A DNA stretch of 58,942 nt from a virus (taxonomy: Duplodnaviria > Caudoviricetes), in the IMG/VR virus record IMGVR_UViG_3300033143_005711, positions 1 to 58,942 of that record; one strand, given 5' to 3'. The notes below the pieces were generated by a model. That model was not told the DNA's origin. It did no database searches and saw nothing but the letters and a program-made list of their open reading frames with translations. This document shows, in pieces, positions 41,001 through 49,934 of this stretch. Within the stretch, counting starts at the first letter, position 1. Every line of letters begins with the position of its first letter. A program made the translations under genes and the position numbers.

Positions 41001-43079
41001 GAAGATTCAGATTATTCAAGTTCTACAAATTTAACTTATACTTCTTCAGGAGAAAAGACAATCTACTTTATTTTGGATGATGTAATAGATGGTTCAAATA
41101 ATAATATTTATAATTTTTTCTTAAACTTAACAGGTTATTCTTTTGGAATAAATGATGCTTATGGAAATTCTACATCAGGTTATGAAGGTTTTTCAAACTA
41201 CAGTAAAATTGATAAAACAATAACTAATTGCCAATTAGATGCTTCAGGAGCAATTATGCCAAAAAATGATACTAGAGATATTTATACTTATGATAATTTT
41301 AATAGTGGAATAATAAATCAAAGTTTATGGGTTAACTCTTCTTGCACAGGTAGCGGTGATAATCTAGGATGTGTTGATGAATTTGGGAATAAGATGAGAT
41401 TTAGAGGGAGGTTGGATGCGGGAGTTTCAGGAAGTAATGGTGGGCAAGCATGGGGTATAAATTTGAATAGATTTGAATCTGATGAAATAAATTTCACAAT
41501 TTCTGGTTCTTATGAAGGTAGGATGTATACAAACACACCTTCAGCAAACCATACTATTTGGTTTGGTGGTTTGGTTTGGAATATGACAACCTGTCCTGTT
41601 GATACAGACCCAGGAGATACGCAGGCTACAACAAATTATAATCTTGATATTAATTTATTTAAAATAAACAAAACTACTTGGGGTGTTAAAAAATATGGTA
41701 CTGAAAATGTAACTGGAAGAGAAGAAGATTGTGGCCCATCAAGATTAAGAGAGTTTGTTTATTCTGGAGAAGTAAATTATTTTGACGATGGTAGTAATAT
41801 CCTAAAATTTTATATGGTTTCTGGTGCTGGATTGGATGCTGATTCATTTAGTGAAATGTTGGTTGATGATGTTACCAATTCACTTTGGACTAGGTCTAAT
41901 TGTACAACATATTCAAATTCAATTTATAATTCTGGTGGAGACATAACAAAAGCAACAGCTTGGCTTGCTGGGCAAAATGCTGACGGAGAATCTATCTCTT
42001 TATTACTTAGTGCAGATAATGGTGATAATTGGGAATCTGCTTCAAATGGTGTTGAACATTCTTTTAGTAATACAGGAACAAATTTAAAATGGGCAACCAT
42101 TTTTAATATTACTGGAACCGATAATTGGAATTCAACAACAAAACTTTGGCAAGTAAATGTTTCAATCCCTTCTGGAAATATAACAAACGTGTCAATAGAT
42201 TGGGGTGGAGATGGCACATGGGAATATAATCTTACTGGACAATTAAATAGTACAAACGAAGATACTTTAGTTAATTTATCTTATATTAATTTATCTTCTT
42301 CTTTTATTGAAACAAATAGAATCCTTACAGGGTATGCTCCACACACATACAAAATCCCATTAATTATTTCGTCAGATGAGGTAGGAATTATAAACATACA
42401 CAACATTAATTTAACCTATAATCCAAATCCCGTTAAACTTAACTATTCTGCTAACTTAACAAACATACTTGGCAATTCTACAAACTTCACAACATTTAGA
42501 ATTCCAATGTCTGCACAAAATTCAACAATTGGAAGTACAGGAATTATTAGGGTTGATGATTTAAGATATGATTATGCTGGTGGAAATCAAACTTACACTA
42601 TTTTAGCCCATGCTGGAGATTATTCCTTAAATGTTTCTAGGAAATTAATTTACTATTATTCAAGATGGGATTATTTATTTGTTCCATCATATGTAAATTA
42701 TCTTGAATTCATCCCTTCATCACCTACTTCAAGTAATGTGACACCTTTTGGACAAATGTCTTGGCCAAATTCTAAACCTATTTTTAATATAACAAATTAT
42801 GGGTATGGTGGAAAGACAACAAATCTTTCAATTTATTTAAATGATACTCTTGCTTGTGTAGATTTAACAATGAGTATAACTGAAAACAAATCAGATGGTT
42901 CTTTGATTAATAAATCTTGGGTTCAACTTGATTCTGGAATAGGTTATTTAGAAACAATAAATACTTCTATGTGGGCAGATTATAGTTGTTCTTATAATAA
43001 TTGGACATTATTTCAACCATATATATACTTTAGACAATGTCCATATGATGTTGATTTTTGTTCGGAGGATTTAGAATGA
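38013..43079 (+). CDS. 1688-aa membrane-anchored surface protein with LamG/ConA and Ig-like domains
   Basis: N-terminal TM; AFYRFDE, SIAFWVK, LDELGIWNRTLT; many N-x-S/T; paired Cys. Confidence 0.8.
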   Translation: MAKRVYKNTVLKWAQDNKLVAGGSVSGTIIIGLYFIFLASIGAITITDYSGDSICAGTIEDPCYAYINFTANEDIFIYPLDYDPYNRDMGINFNPEVESWKLERSWGSGWREINLNNTCKGTWCGAPYGEKEAAYSYAFREGRDYKIRITVNKNNFNDSVQLSAFGVDPLFLSEENIVGEYSNNDLDYTIKDEKFDLEVAEFKLKSHHSVNYVKPLGPGKQVVMYYETNSKNGLNNVLGEPEFIDLNTGKKINKSWKYVYLGTEKYQKPIFEYDTFTFENGTAYEVYIKSGFIEKEREKWHPYNSTNIPKGNITIGIEVEVYLGEYVDGIWNVGGNKISKHISWIGSFETNMVAFYRFDEEGTGGSTIEDETENNNGVGYHITNVSGVDKYAYEYDGTNSLINISDSSPLDLTDDLSIAFWVKYNSSNTGDRGFISKEDVGNSGWMVYWDDAAKAFNLFTYGLSDVNIASGAVREDVYYHVIMNYDGSNKYIYINNSLNTTEGATGSITANALDLLIGEYNTGGTKTAMRLDELGIWNRTLTSAERGYLFNKTAYLPDVDNPPKYSDWNFVNNSNYSSYNVNANATWWDDINLLNASVYVDGVINQTNSSGQNDTTYYFDLVIPEGIHTLYMDAWDNSSQQNTTETRYVRIDTISPIINYGLNTQNNNSFVNNNWVFVNITYAETNPKNITFNIFNDTGTWNSTTYTNTNIKDINFTGLLDGEYEYNVSMYDIVSNFGISDLRRITLDSSGPELGFVQPTNNSAYNIDYIYVEVDVNETNPDFVVYNLWNSTGTINHTVYPMSTDTSNVTINFTELSYGIYEINVTANDSSGLETTIGNRRVTLMDLDIFIESIESNATVELGTSITIVANSSINALICIDIDHPSYGDNYNCSTQNVSVEFLPTFFRRTNFSIDDDNYTVDFSGLPETYNFTVDSHQYDEPIDLSVNISGTTNPMNILFHLLNHSAVNVSNSTELLRSTDRYFRGKLNGSLIWLNEDSDYSSSTNLTYTSSGEKTIYFILDDVIDGSNNNIYNFFLNLTGYSFGINDAYGNSTSGYEGFSNYSKIDKTITNCQLDASGAIMPKNDTRDIYTYDNFNSGIINQSLWVNSSCTGSGDNLGCVDEFGNKMRFRGRLDAGVSGSNGGQAWGINLNRFESDEINFTISGSYEGRMYTNTPSANHTIWFGGLVWNMTTCPVDTDPGDTQATTNYNLDINLFKINKTTWGVKKYGTENVTGREEDCGPSRLREFVYSGEVNYFDDGSNILKFYMVSGAGLDADSFSEMLVDDVTNSLWTRSNCTTYSNSIYNSGGDITKATAWLAGQNADGESISLLLSADNGDNWESASNGVEHSFSNTGTNLKWATIFNITGTDNWNSTTKLWQVNVSIPSGNITNVSIDWGGDGTWEYNLTGQLNSTNEDTLVNLSYINLSSSFIETNRILTGYAPHTYKIPLIISSDEVGIINIHNINLTYNPNPVKLNYSANLTNILGNSTNFTTFRIPMSAQNSTIGSTGIIRVDDLRYDYAGGNQTYTILAHAGDYSLNVSRKLIYYYSRWDYLFVPSYVNYLEFIPSSPTSSNVTPFGQMSWPNSKPIFNITNYGYGGKTTNLSIYLNDTLACVDLTMSITENKSDGSLINKSWVQLDSGIGYLETINTSMWADYSCSYNNWTLFQPYIYFRQCPYDVDFCSEDLE

Positions 43080-44560
43080 GTCCAGCAGTAAGGAATATTT
43101 CTGGAATTGGTTCACGTAAACCAATACCTGTACATGTTTGGATTCCACCAAAATACAGCCCAGTTTATAAAATAGAAATTTATGATGGCACAACTGCCAC
43201 AGATATAACTAGCATAATAATTGAAGGTGATTATCTTGATGGAGTTACCTCAACAATTGGAAGCTTTAGTTTTAAAATAGATAATTCTTCCCAAGAATAT
43301 ACTAATTCTTTTAGCACATACAATAAAATAAGAATATATTTAGATTATGATACAACTGCCACAACTCAAAGATTTGAAGGTTTTATTGAAAGAATTTCCA
43401 AAACTAACAACACAATAGTATTTACTGGTAGGGGTTTAGCTGCAAAGTATACAAGTAAAAATGTTACTTATGCTGCAACAGATACTGCTAGAAGTACAAT
43501 TTTAAGTGAAATCATCGCAAAGTATTTTTCTGATTTAACAACTACAAATCTTTCTACAGATTCAACAACTAAAACAGTCAACTATTTTGATAAACCTTTT
43601 TTGGAAGTTGTAGAAGAAATATGTAATGAAGCAGATTTTGATGCATACATAAATAAAGATAATGATTTTAATTATTTCGCTAAAGATTCTCGTGCTAATT
43701 CTAAAGAAGCGGTAGTTCATGAATATAATATTATTTCTACTGGAGATTTTACCCCAGATGCTTCAGAGATTTGGAATAAAGTAAAAGTATATGGTAGATT
43801 AATAGATGACCAACCAATTATTGCTACTGCTTCAGATTCAACTTCTCAAGGAACATATGGAGTTAAAGAATTAAAAATAAATGATGATAGTATAAATACA
43901 ATAGTTCAAGCACAAGCAAGAGCAGATTATGAACTAGCAAATAATAAAAACCCACCAATTGTTGGTCAAGTTACTTCCCTTGGATTGCCCACTATTTTAC
44001 CTGGTGAAATGTTAAGAATATCTGACCCAATGAATGGTTTAGAACCAAAATATTATACTATTGAACAATTTAGGCACGTTTTTTCAAATGATGAACCTTT
44101 TCAAACTATTTTAACAGTTAAAAAAGAAAGAAGTTCACTCCATAGTATTCTTAAAAAACGTATTCAATTTGAAAATGCAATTTCTTCTAATGATAATCCA
44201 AATGAAATGGATTACTCTTATGTTTGGGATTTTTCAACAGATACTGGAACACATTCAAGCACACAAATAACTGTTAGTTCTTATACTGGAAAAGGACAAT
44301 TAACTGTTAGTACTGGTTCTACTGGAACTTGGATAAGTGAATTAGTTTCACTTGATTCAGATATAACTAGCTATGAGGTAAGAATTAATGGTTCAAATGT
44401 TGGAAGTGTTCAAGTGTTCTTAAGTACAGATAGTGGTAATACTTTTACCCCTTTAGTATCTGGGGCAGTAGTTCCTGCTGGGAAAAAAATTAAAATAAAA
44501 CTTGTGTTGAATTCATCTACTACAATAATAGAATCAGTTTCATTCTTATATAAACTATGA
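43076..44560 (+). CDS. tail hub/baseplate (Tal-like) protein
   Basis: FSFKIDN, WNKVKVYG, SQGTYGVKE, PGEMLRI pattern. Confidence 0.7.
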   Translation: MSPAVRNISGIGSRKPIPVHVWIPPKYSPVYKIEIYDGTTATDITSIIIEGDYLDGVTSTIGSFSFKIDNSSQEYTNSFSTYNKIRIYLDYDTTATTQRFEGFIERISKTNNTIVFTGRGLAAKYTSKNVTYAATDTARSTILSEIIAKYFSDLTTTNLSTDSTTKTVNYFDKPFLEVVEEICNEADFDAYINKDNDFNYFAKDSRANSKEAVVHEYNIISTGDFTPDASEIWNKVKVYGRLIDDQPIIATASDSTSQGTYGVKELKINDDSINTIVQAQARADYELANNKNPPIVGQVTSLGLPTILPGEMLRISDPMNGLEPKYYTIEQFRHVFSNDEPFQTILTVKKERSSLHSILKKRIQFENAISSNDNPNEMDYSYVWDFSTDTGTHSSTQITVSSYTGKGQLTVSTGSTGTWISELVSLDSDITSYEVRINGSNVGSVQVFLSTDSGNTFTPLVSGAVVPAGKKIKIKLVLNSSTTIIESVSFLYKL

Positions 44561-44604
44561 TTTTAGGGAAAGATATATAAATACAAAATACTTATAACTA
44601 TACA

Positions 44605-44856
44605 ATGACAAATAAACAAGACCAAATACTTAATTGTATTTTAGATGTGCAAAAAGATGTAGGAGAAATTAATGGCCATCTTAAGGCACTTAATGGTAGT
44701 GTAAAAAGAAATGTGAATGATATACATAATAATGCAACTGACATTAAACTTTCAGATAAGAGGGTTGATAAAATAGAAAATAAAGTATATTATTTGATAG
44801 GAATTTTAGTGGCAATCCAAATAGGTATTGGTTTATATTTTAACTTAATTAAATAA
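44605..44856 (+). CDS. coiled-coil protein with C-terminal TM (lysis-module-like)
   Basis: HLKALNGSV; C-terminal hydrophobic helix; own TATA. Confidence 0.6.
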   Translation: MTNKQDQILNCILDVQKDVGEINGHLKALNGSVKRNVNDIHNNATDIKLSDKRVDKIENKVYYLIGILVAIQIGIGLYFNLIK

Positions 44857-44870
44857 AGGAAATAAAAAAA

Positions 44871-45071
44871 ATGAGCAAACGTTTTAATTTGAATGGGGAA
44901 GATTTCAAGAAGTTGGGAAAAGGTGCTTTAATTGCTGGTGGTGGAGCAGTTATTACATATCTTTTAGAAGTATTACCAGGAATGGACTTTGGAGTATATA
45001 CTGCAATGATTGCTGGTATTGCTGGTATTGCACTTAACTTTTTAAGAAAATTTCTTGTTGAACAACAATAA
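44871..45071 (+). CDS. holin-like 2-TM protein
   Basis: KLGKGALIAGGGAVITY...IALNFLRKF. Confidence 0.6.
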   Translation: MSKRFNLNGEDFKKLGKGALIAGGGAVITYLLEVLPGMDFGVYTAMIAGIAGIALNFLRKFLVEQQ

Positions 45072-45104
45072 AAATATAGAATATTATAATTAATAATAAT
45101 TTTG

Positions 45105-45152
45105 GGAGTCTCTCCTTCTTCCAGTTAGAAGTGTATTTAGGAGAGTTTCTCC
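45105..45152. terminator. hairpin at the convergence of the two transcription arms
   Basis: ggag/tctcct/cttc pairs with gaag/aggaga/ctcc, AT-rich flanks. Confidence 0.5.
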
Positions 45153-45265
45153 ATTTTATATATAAATTATATATAATCTATAAAAATTAGGACTATTTAA
45201 ATGTTATGGTTCTGTAATTCAGGAGTAGTAACTACGTTTTTACTTAATTTTTTACTAATTACTAC

Positions 45266-45565
45266 TTATTTTCTTTTTAATGTTAATTCAATAGTTGATA
45301 CAGAAAGTTCTAACTCTCCCTTTTCAGGGTCTGTTTTTTTAAACTTTTCAGTGTTGGTTTTTATGTTTGAAACTTCAAGATTAAGGTCCTTACAGAACTT
45401 ATTCTTACTTGCTTCACATAAATCAACAGCCCTTCCCATATTCTTTCCTCTAGCTTTTACAACTATATACTTTAAATTCTTTTTCTTTAAAAGAATTTCA
45501 ATACTCCTTATATAAATTAAGAAGGGCTTTGCACCAACTAAAACTTCGTTTTCTTTTCTTTCCAT
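45266..45565 (-). CDS. albA: Alba DNA/RNA-binding chromatin protein
   Basis: VLVGAKP-x-x-x-Y, VVKARGKNMGRAVDL-x-E, VSTIELTL. Confidence 0.9.
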   Translation of the reverse strand: MERKENEVLVGAKPFLIYIRSIEILLKKKNLKYIVVKARGKNMGRAVDLCEASKNKFCKDLNLEVSNIKTNTEKFKKTDPEKGELELSVSTIELTLKRK

Positions 45566-45566
45566 G

Positions 45567-45932
45567 TTATATTTCAAATTCTTCGACGTTAAAGTCTTTT
45601 GTTTTTATTTTAATTAGCATAAATTCTTTTGGGTATTTAGTTTTTTTAAGTTCAAAGCTTGCATCTGATTCTGAATGAAGTATCTCCACTATATAACCTT
45701 TTCCCCCAAATATAGCTACAATGTCTGCTCTAGTTCCATTACTGAATATAGCTTCAGTCCATACTTCAAAACCAGATTTGATTAGTTTCTTGTATACTTG
45801 ATATTTTGTATCTTCATGTTCGTCTGTATTGTTTTGATGGTATCTGAAACAATTTTTATGGCTTCCACTACGATTAGAAAATCTCATACTCTGAATTAAG
45901 TTATTTCTCATGAAGTATTCTTTGTTAGTCAT
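45567..45932 (-). CDS. PD-(D/E)xK nuclease-fold protein
   Basis: HE-x-x-K...WTEA...RADIV...IVEI. Confidence 0.7.
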   Translation of the reverse strand: MTNKEYFMRNNLIQSMRFSNRSGSHKNCFRYHQNNTDEHEDTKYQVYKKLIKSGFEVWTEAIFSNGTRADIVAIFGGKGYIVEILHSESDASFELKKTKYPKEFMLIKIKTKDFNVEEFEI

Positions 45933-46348
45933 TCTACTATTAGTTTTCTACCTTTATATTTACCAACTTCTCCTTTGTAGGTTGTTCCTTTGTATTTCTT
46001 CTTATCTGTAAATAAGGAAGTGTTTTTTATTATTTCAAACTCTGCTGAACTGATTTTATGGTAAGGTGTTCTTTTTTGTATATCCATCCTTAATCCAAGT
46101 AAATCAATTACTGCATTACGTATCCTATGGTTTCTTAACTCTCTTTGAGAAAGCTTAACATAGTACACATATTTGTCTTCTTCATTTTCTTCTTCCAAAT
46201 CTTTTACTTCTTCAACTTTTTCTTCTTCAGGAACTTCTAAGTTTTTTGTTTCTTCGGTTTCTGTTGGTGTAGAAACTTTGGCTTTAGTAGAAACTGTAGT
46301 CATCAAGACTTCTTTCTTCTTTGTTACTTTTTTAGTTTTTTTAGCCAT
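45929..46348 (-). CDS. hypothetical protein with charged N-terminus
   Basis: ORF in operon. Confidence 0.6.
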   Translation of the reverse strand: MAKKTKKVTKKKEVLMTTVSTKAKVSTPTETEETKNLEVPEEEKVEEVKDLEEENEEDKYVYYVKLSQRELRNHRIRNAVIDLLGLRMDIQKRTPYHKISSAEFEIIKNTSLFTDKKKYKGTTYKGEVGKYKGRKLIVE

Positions 46349-46441
46349 TATTAAATTCCTTATATTTTATTGTTCCTCTTTTTTCCCCTTTAGATGCAAT
46401 GAATATCCTTGAAAATATTTGATTATCTATTAACCATTTGC

Positions 46442-46699
46442 TCATTTTATGAATTTCCCTTGTTTATTTCTTTTTCTATTTGAAATTTTAGGTAGGGTTT
46501 TTTTTATTTGTTTATACCACTCTTTTCCCCTGTGCTGTTTTGAATGGCAACTTCTACACAAAATTAATAAGTTAGATATTTGATTATTTTTTCTATTTTC
46601 ATCAATGTGATGAATTTGTAAGTCTTTTTTATTCCCACATAACTTACAACTTTCCCCTTGTTTCAATTCCTTAAACCAATTATCTAATTTTGTTGCCAT
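46442..46699 (-). CDS. HNH endonuclease
   Basis: CKLC...IHHIDENRKNNQISNLLILCRSCH. Confidence 0.85.
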   Translation of the reverse strand: MATKLDNWFKELKQGESCKLCGNKKDLQIHHIDENRKNNQISNLLILCRSCHSKQHRGKEWYKQIKKTLPKISNRKRNKQGKFIK

Positions 46700-47210
46700 A
46701 TTTCTCCTCAAAATCTTCATATTTAATTTTTATTTTATTCTTTTCTTTGTACTTAGATGCTACCAATATCTTTGAGAACACCTTGTTTTGTAACAACCAA
46801 AAGCATTTCTCTTTTTCTTCTTTATCTAAGTATCCATTTGATTTTGATTCAACACCAATTATGCACGATAGTCTAATATGTTTAAATTCAATATTTCCAG
46901 GGTTAATTGTATCTTTATCAAAAATTAAATCACGCCATTGGCTTGTGTCATGCCCAAAAGCAATAAAGTCTGGAAATCCTGTTCCTATAGCCATCGGTAT
47001 TCCTGTCCCTCTAAATTTATGTTTAGCAGGTATCAATTCTGCTCCAGATGTTTCTTCACCATTTGATTGGTCAATCCAAAATCTAATATTATTCATCCAT
47101 TTAGAAACAATCCAACCTTTAGACTCTAAGTCTTTTCTCACTTTAAGTTCAAATCTAGCTCCTGCTGCTTTTGACTTCTTTCCCATTGCTACTTTTTTTG
47201 GGTCTTTCAT
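46680..47210 (-). CDS. hjc: archaeal-type Holliday junction resolvase (Hjc-like)
   Basis: GARFE-x-x-V-x-x-x-LE-x-x-GW, GFPDFIA, GVESK. Confidence 0.7.
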   Translation of the reverse strand: MKDPKKVAMGKKSKAAGARFELKVRKDLESKGWIVSKWMNNIRFWIDQSNGEETSGAELIPAKHKFRGTGIPMAIGTGFPDFIAFGHDTSQWRDLIFDKDTINPGNIEFKHIRLSCIIGVESKSNGYLDKEEKEKCFWLLQNKVFSKILVASKYKEKNKIKIKYEDFEEKYGNKIR

Positions 47211-47470
47211 GGTCTTGAATTAAATTGACTATTGTCTTTTACTTTTTCTTTGAATTTATTTGTTTGACTTTCATCATATTCTTCTAATGCTTGTTTCATA
47301 TGTTTACACATCTTTGTTATGTTTTTTTGTCTCCATCTATACCAACTTCCCCAAATACAAGTACAACTAGATGCTTCTGGAATAAGTTCTTCATTTTCAT
47401 CAAAGACCAACATAATTCCATGTATTATATCTTCTGTTGAACTTTTAACTGACCAAGGTATTCTTTTCAT
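47207..47470 (-). CDS. SWIM zinc-finger protein
   Basis: CTC...CKH. Confidence 0.7.
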   Translation of the reverse strand: MKRIPWSVKSSTEDIIHGIMLVFDENEELIPEASSCTCIWGSWYRWRQKNITKMCKHMKQALEEYDESQTNKFKEKVKDNSQFNSRP

Positions 47471-47718
47471 TTTAAATCATCCCCTATATTAAAGAACGTT
47501 TTAATAAATTCTATTACTTTTAAATTACAATTATCATATTCGTTTTTATCTTCATCTGGAAACATAGTAAGGAATTCAAGGTGTTTAATGGCTGCTTGTT
47601 TTACTCTTTCAAGTTGTGGTGTTAAAGCATCTGCAGGAAGTAAAGTCATACCAGATATTTCTAATATTTCCTTTCTCCATTCATTGTCTACATCTTTTAA
47701 AGTTTTAAGTTCAGTCAT
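47467..47718 (-). CDS. hypothetical protein, paralog of 3607-3915
   Basis: ELKTLKD start and NIGDDLK end. Confidence 0.65.
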   Translation of the reverse strand: MTELKTLKDVDNEWRKEILEISGMTLLPADALTPQLERVKQAAIKHLEFLTMFPDEDKNEYDNCNLKVIEFIKTFFNIGDDLK

Positions 47719-47951
47719 TTTTTCTTTCCATATTTAATTATCCAAATTCCACATTTACATCTTACTGACCTCTTTGGGATTTTATCAGCCAGACTATATT
47801 TATATTCTTTTCCACAATCACATTCTATTTTTAAATAAGGTTTATCTTCACTATAATCATTATCATAATTTTTTCTTGATATTATATAGCCCTCCATCCA
47901 ATTTAAAAAAAGTTCTCTACTTTCTGCATGAACCATCATTTTTTCTACCAT
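47715..47951 (-). CDS. Zn-ribbon protein
   Basis: CDCG...CKCG. Confidence 0.6.
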   Translation of the reverse strand: MVEKMMVHAESRELFLNWMEGYIISRKNYDNDYSEDKPYLKIECDCGKEYKYSLADKIPKRSVRCKCGIWIIKYGKKK

Positions 47952-48211
47952 AGGGTATAACCTCTTTCTATTAATTCTTTTCTAATTACAGCTTTAACTG
48001 GAAGTACCTTATCAAAAGAATCTATAAGAATAACAATACTAACAAGAGAAATTAAAACCCAGAATAACCATCTAGCATAACCAGTATAAAATAACACTAG
48101 CATAAAGGTCATCCACAATGTACTACCTATTGAGAACTTTATACCCGTATATTTATTGTATTCTGTTAGTAAAGTTAAATCACTTTCTTCGTTTATTTTT
48201 TTTGTTTTCAT
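47945..48211 (-). CDS. 2-TM membrane protein
   Basis: two hydrophobic segments. Confidence 0.6.
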   Translation of the reverse strand: MKTKKINEESDLTLLTEYNKYTGIKFSIGSTLWMTFMLVLFYTGYARWLFWVLISLVSIVILIDSFDKVLPVKAVIRKELIERGYTLW

Positions 48212-48668
48212 TTTTTATTGGGTGTTTCTTTTCGTATTCTTTTAATTTTTCTTTAAGAACGTTAACTTCTGAACATTTCCATTGAGGTTTAAAATCTCCT
48301 TTTTGGTCCCATTGACTCAAACAATAATCTATTTCTGCTTTTTCAGAATCACCTAATTCATCCCAAGTACATACAACTTTATCTCTATCATAACTAAAAG
48401 AGCTATAACTTTCAATATATTCACCACATTCAGCACAATAAATTGTAAGACCTATTTCCCTTACATTATAAGTCCTATTACCTCTATTTCCTATAATCCC
48501 ATAATCATCATCTTCAGCAACAACACCTAAGTTTGTTTTAATATAACATAAATATGAGCCACAGCAATCGCAAGCAACAGTATTTTCATTAAGATTAAGT
48601 CCAAATATTTCCTTACTTTCTATTTCATCTACTCTGATGACGCTTTTCGGAATTCTTTTTTTAAACAT
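48180..48668 (-). CDS. Zn-finger protein
   Basis: CDCC...CAEC. Confidence 0.6.
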   Translation of the reverse strand: MFKKRIPKSVIRVDEIESKEIFGLNLNENTVACDCCGSYLCYIKTNLGVVAEDDDYGIIGNRGNRTYNVREIGLTIYCAECGEYIESYSSFSYDRDKVVCTWDELGDSEKAEIDYCLSQWDQKGDFKPQWKCSEVNVLKEKLKEYEKKHPIKNENKKNKRRK

Positions 48669-48761
48669 TTTTTATTTATATAATTACATTTTTTACAATG
48701 TATATCTCCTTGTTCGTTTACAACTATCTTTGTACTGCTACATACAGGACAATTTTTCATA

Positions 48762-49163
48762 TTATCTTAGCCAAGCCACACAATCATAGTTTTCGCCTTT
48801 TGGATAAAGTTGTGAAGCCATTGTATCTAACTTATTAAGTTCTTCAACAATAGTTTTTAAGGGCATATTTTCCCAACATAAAACTCTATCTCTCTTAACT
48901 GCTGGTGTAGGTGGTGTTTGTGGTGCTGGAGCAGGTGTTGCTCCCTCAACCAGATACAATCCAACAATATTTTTGAAGTCTCCTTTTTCCCTCATATCTA
49001 CATTCAATGTTGCAGGTAAAGCCATTGCTTCAATCTTACTAGCTATTTCTGCATCAAAGATAGACATTTTACCTTCACTTGTTTCTGCACTCCAAAAATC
49101 CTTTCCAGTGTTCTTACTTGTTCTTTTTTCTATTCTTTGTACGGTTAAATTTTTTTCTACCAT
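48762..49163 (-). CDS. OB-fold ssDNA-binding-like protein
   Basis: RTSKNTGKDFW...MSIFD...KGDFKNI; Pro-rich linker. Confidence 0.55.
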   Translation of the reverse strand: MVEKNLTVQRIEKRTSKNTGKDFWSAETSEGKMSIFDAEIASKIEAMALPATLNVDMREKGDFKNIVGLYLVEGATPAPAPQTPPTPAVKRDRVLCWENMPLKTIVEELNKLDTMASQLYPKGENYDCVAWLR

Positions 49164-49178
49164 TTTAAGTTTGTTTAT

Positions 49179-49520
49179 TTATTTAAGTGGTTTTGTGAAA
49201 TCTGGTTGTTTACCATCTTTAAGCTGTATCTTAATTGCTTTTATGTTCCGACCATAAAGCTCAATCATATCTCCTAGCTCTTTTAAGCCATCCTGAGCAT
49301 CTTTTTTAGGGTCTTTGGCTTTAGCTAGCTTAAGTTGTTCTTTTATGTTTTCTACCCTTATTTCTTTCTCTTTTTCTACAATACCATTAGATATTCTTTC
49401 AGAATAATATTTCATTTTTACCTTTGCTACTTCTACTTCCATTTCCATATTAGCCAATTGAATTGCCTTATCTCTTATTTCCTTATTTGTAAGTTTTATC
49501 ATCTTTAATTTTTCTTTCAT
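49179..49520 (-). CDS. coiled-coil protein
   Basis: heptad-like charged helix. Confidence 0.6.
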   Translation of the reverse strand: MKEKLKMIKLTNKEIRDKAIQLANMEMEVEVAKVKMKYYSERISNGIVEKEKEIRVENIKEQLKLAKAKDPKKDAQDGLKELGDMIELYGRNIKAIKIQLKDGKQPDFTKPLK

Positions 49521-49523
49521 TGT

Positions 49524-49724
49524 TTAAACACCAACTTCTCCTATATATTTGAATTTGAATCCTTCAGCACATTCTATTAAACCTAAAGCATTAAGTCTTT
49601 CCATAGCCGCTTTCCTAGTTATTGGACTTGAATATGCTGCATTAAAATCATCAAGCATTAAAAATCCTTTTTCTTTAGCTACCTCGATAAGTTTCTTTTG
49701 TGTTTTTGTTAATGTGTATTCCAT
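49524..49724 (-). CDS. small winged-helix-like protein
   Basis: LTKTQKKL...MERLNALGLI; own TATA. Confidence 0.55.
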   Translation of the reverse strand: MEYTLTKTQKKLIEVAKEKGFLMLDDFNAAYSSPITRKAAMERLNALGLIECAEGFKFKYIGEVGV

Positions 49725-49794
49725 GTTAAAATTAGAAATAATGACTATATAAATGTTTGTATTTGTGTGTGTTTATTTTAATGTAGTAACATAA

Positions 49795-49896
49795 ACCCTA
49801 AGAGGGTACTTTTGCATAAATCTGAGACCTTACACCTCAAATTTACCAAGCATCAAAAAGTCGCTTGGAGTCCCCTCTTGGGTAAAAAGAGGTGAT
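49795..49896 (-). ncRNA. candidate small structured RNA with its own promoter
   Basis: closing stem ACCCAAGAGGG/CCCUCUUAGGGU, two internal hairpins, TATA at about 49917-49930. Confidence 0.55.
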
Positions 49897-49934
49897 AATA
49901 AATATAATAATAATGGGTTTATAAATGTTTGCTT

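Noticed and set aside
46690-47223. Long antisense ORFs (e.g. 46690-47223, 30479-30943, 57061-57540, 45201-45515, 9271-9588)
   Set aside because: They are Phe/Leu/Ser-rich mirror frames of well-supported opposite-strand genes
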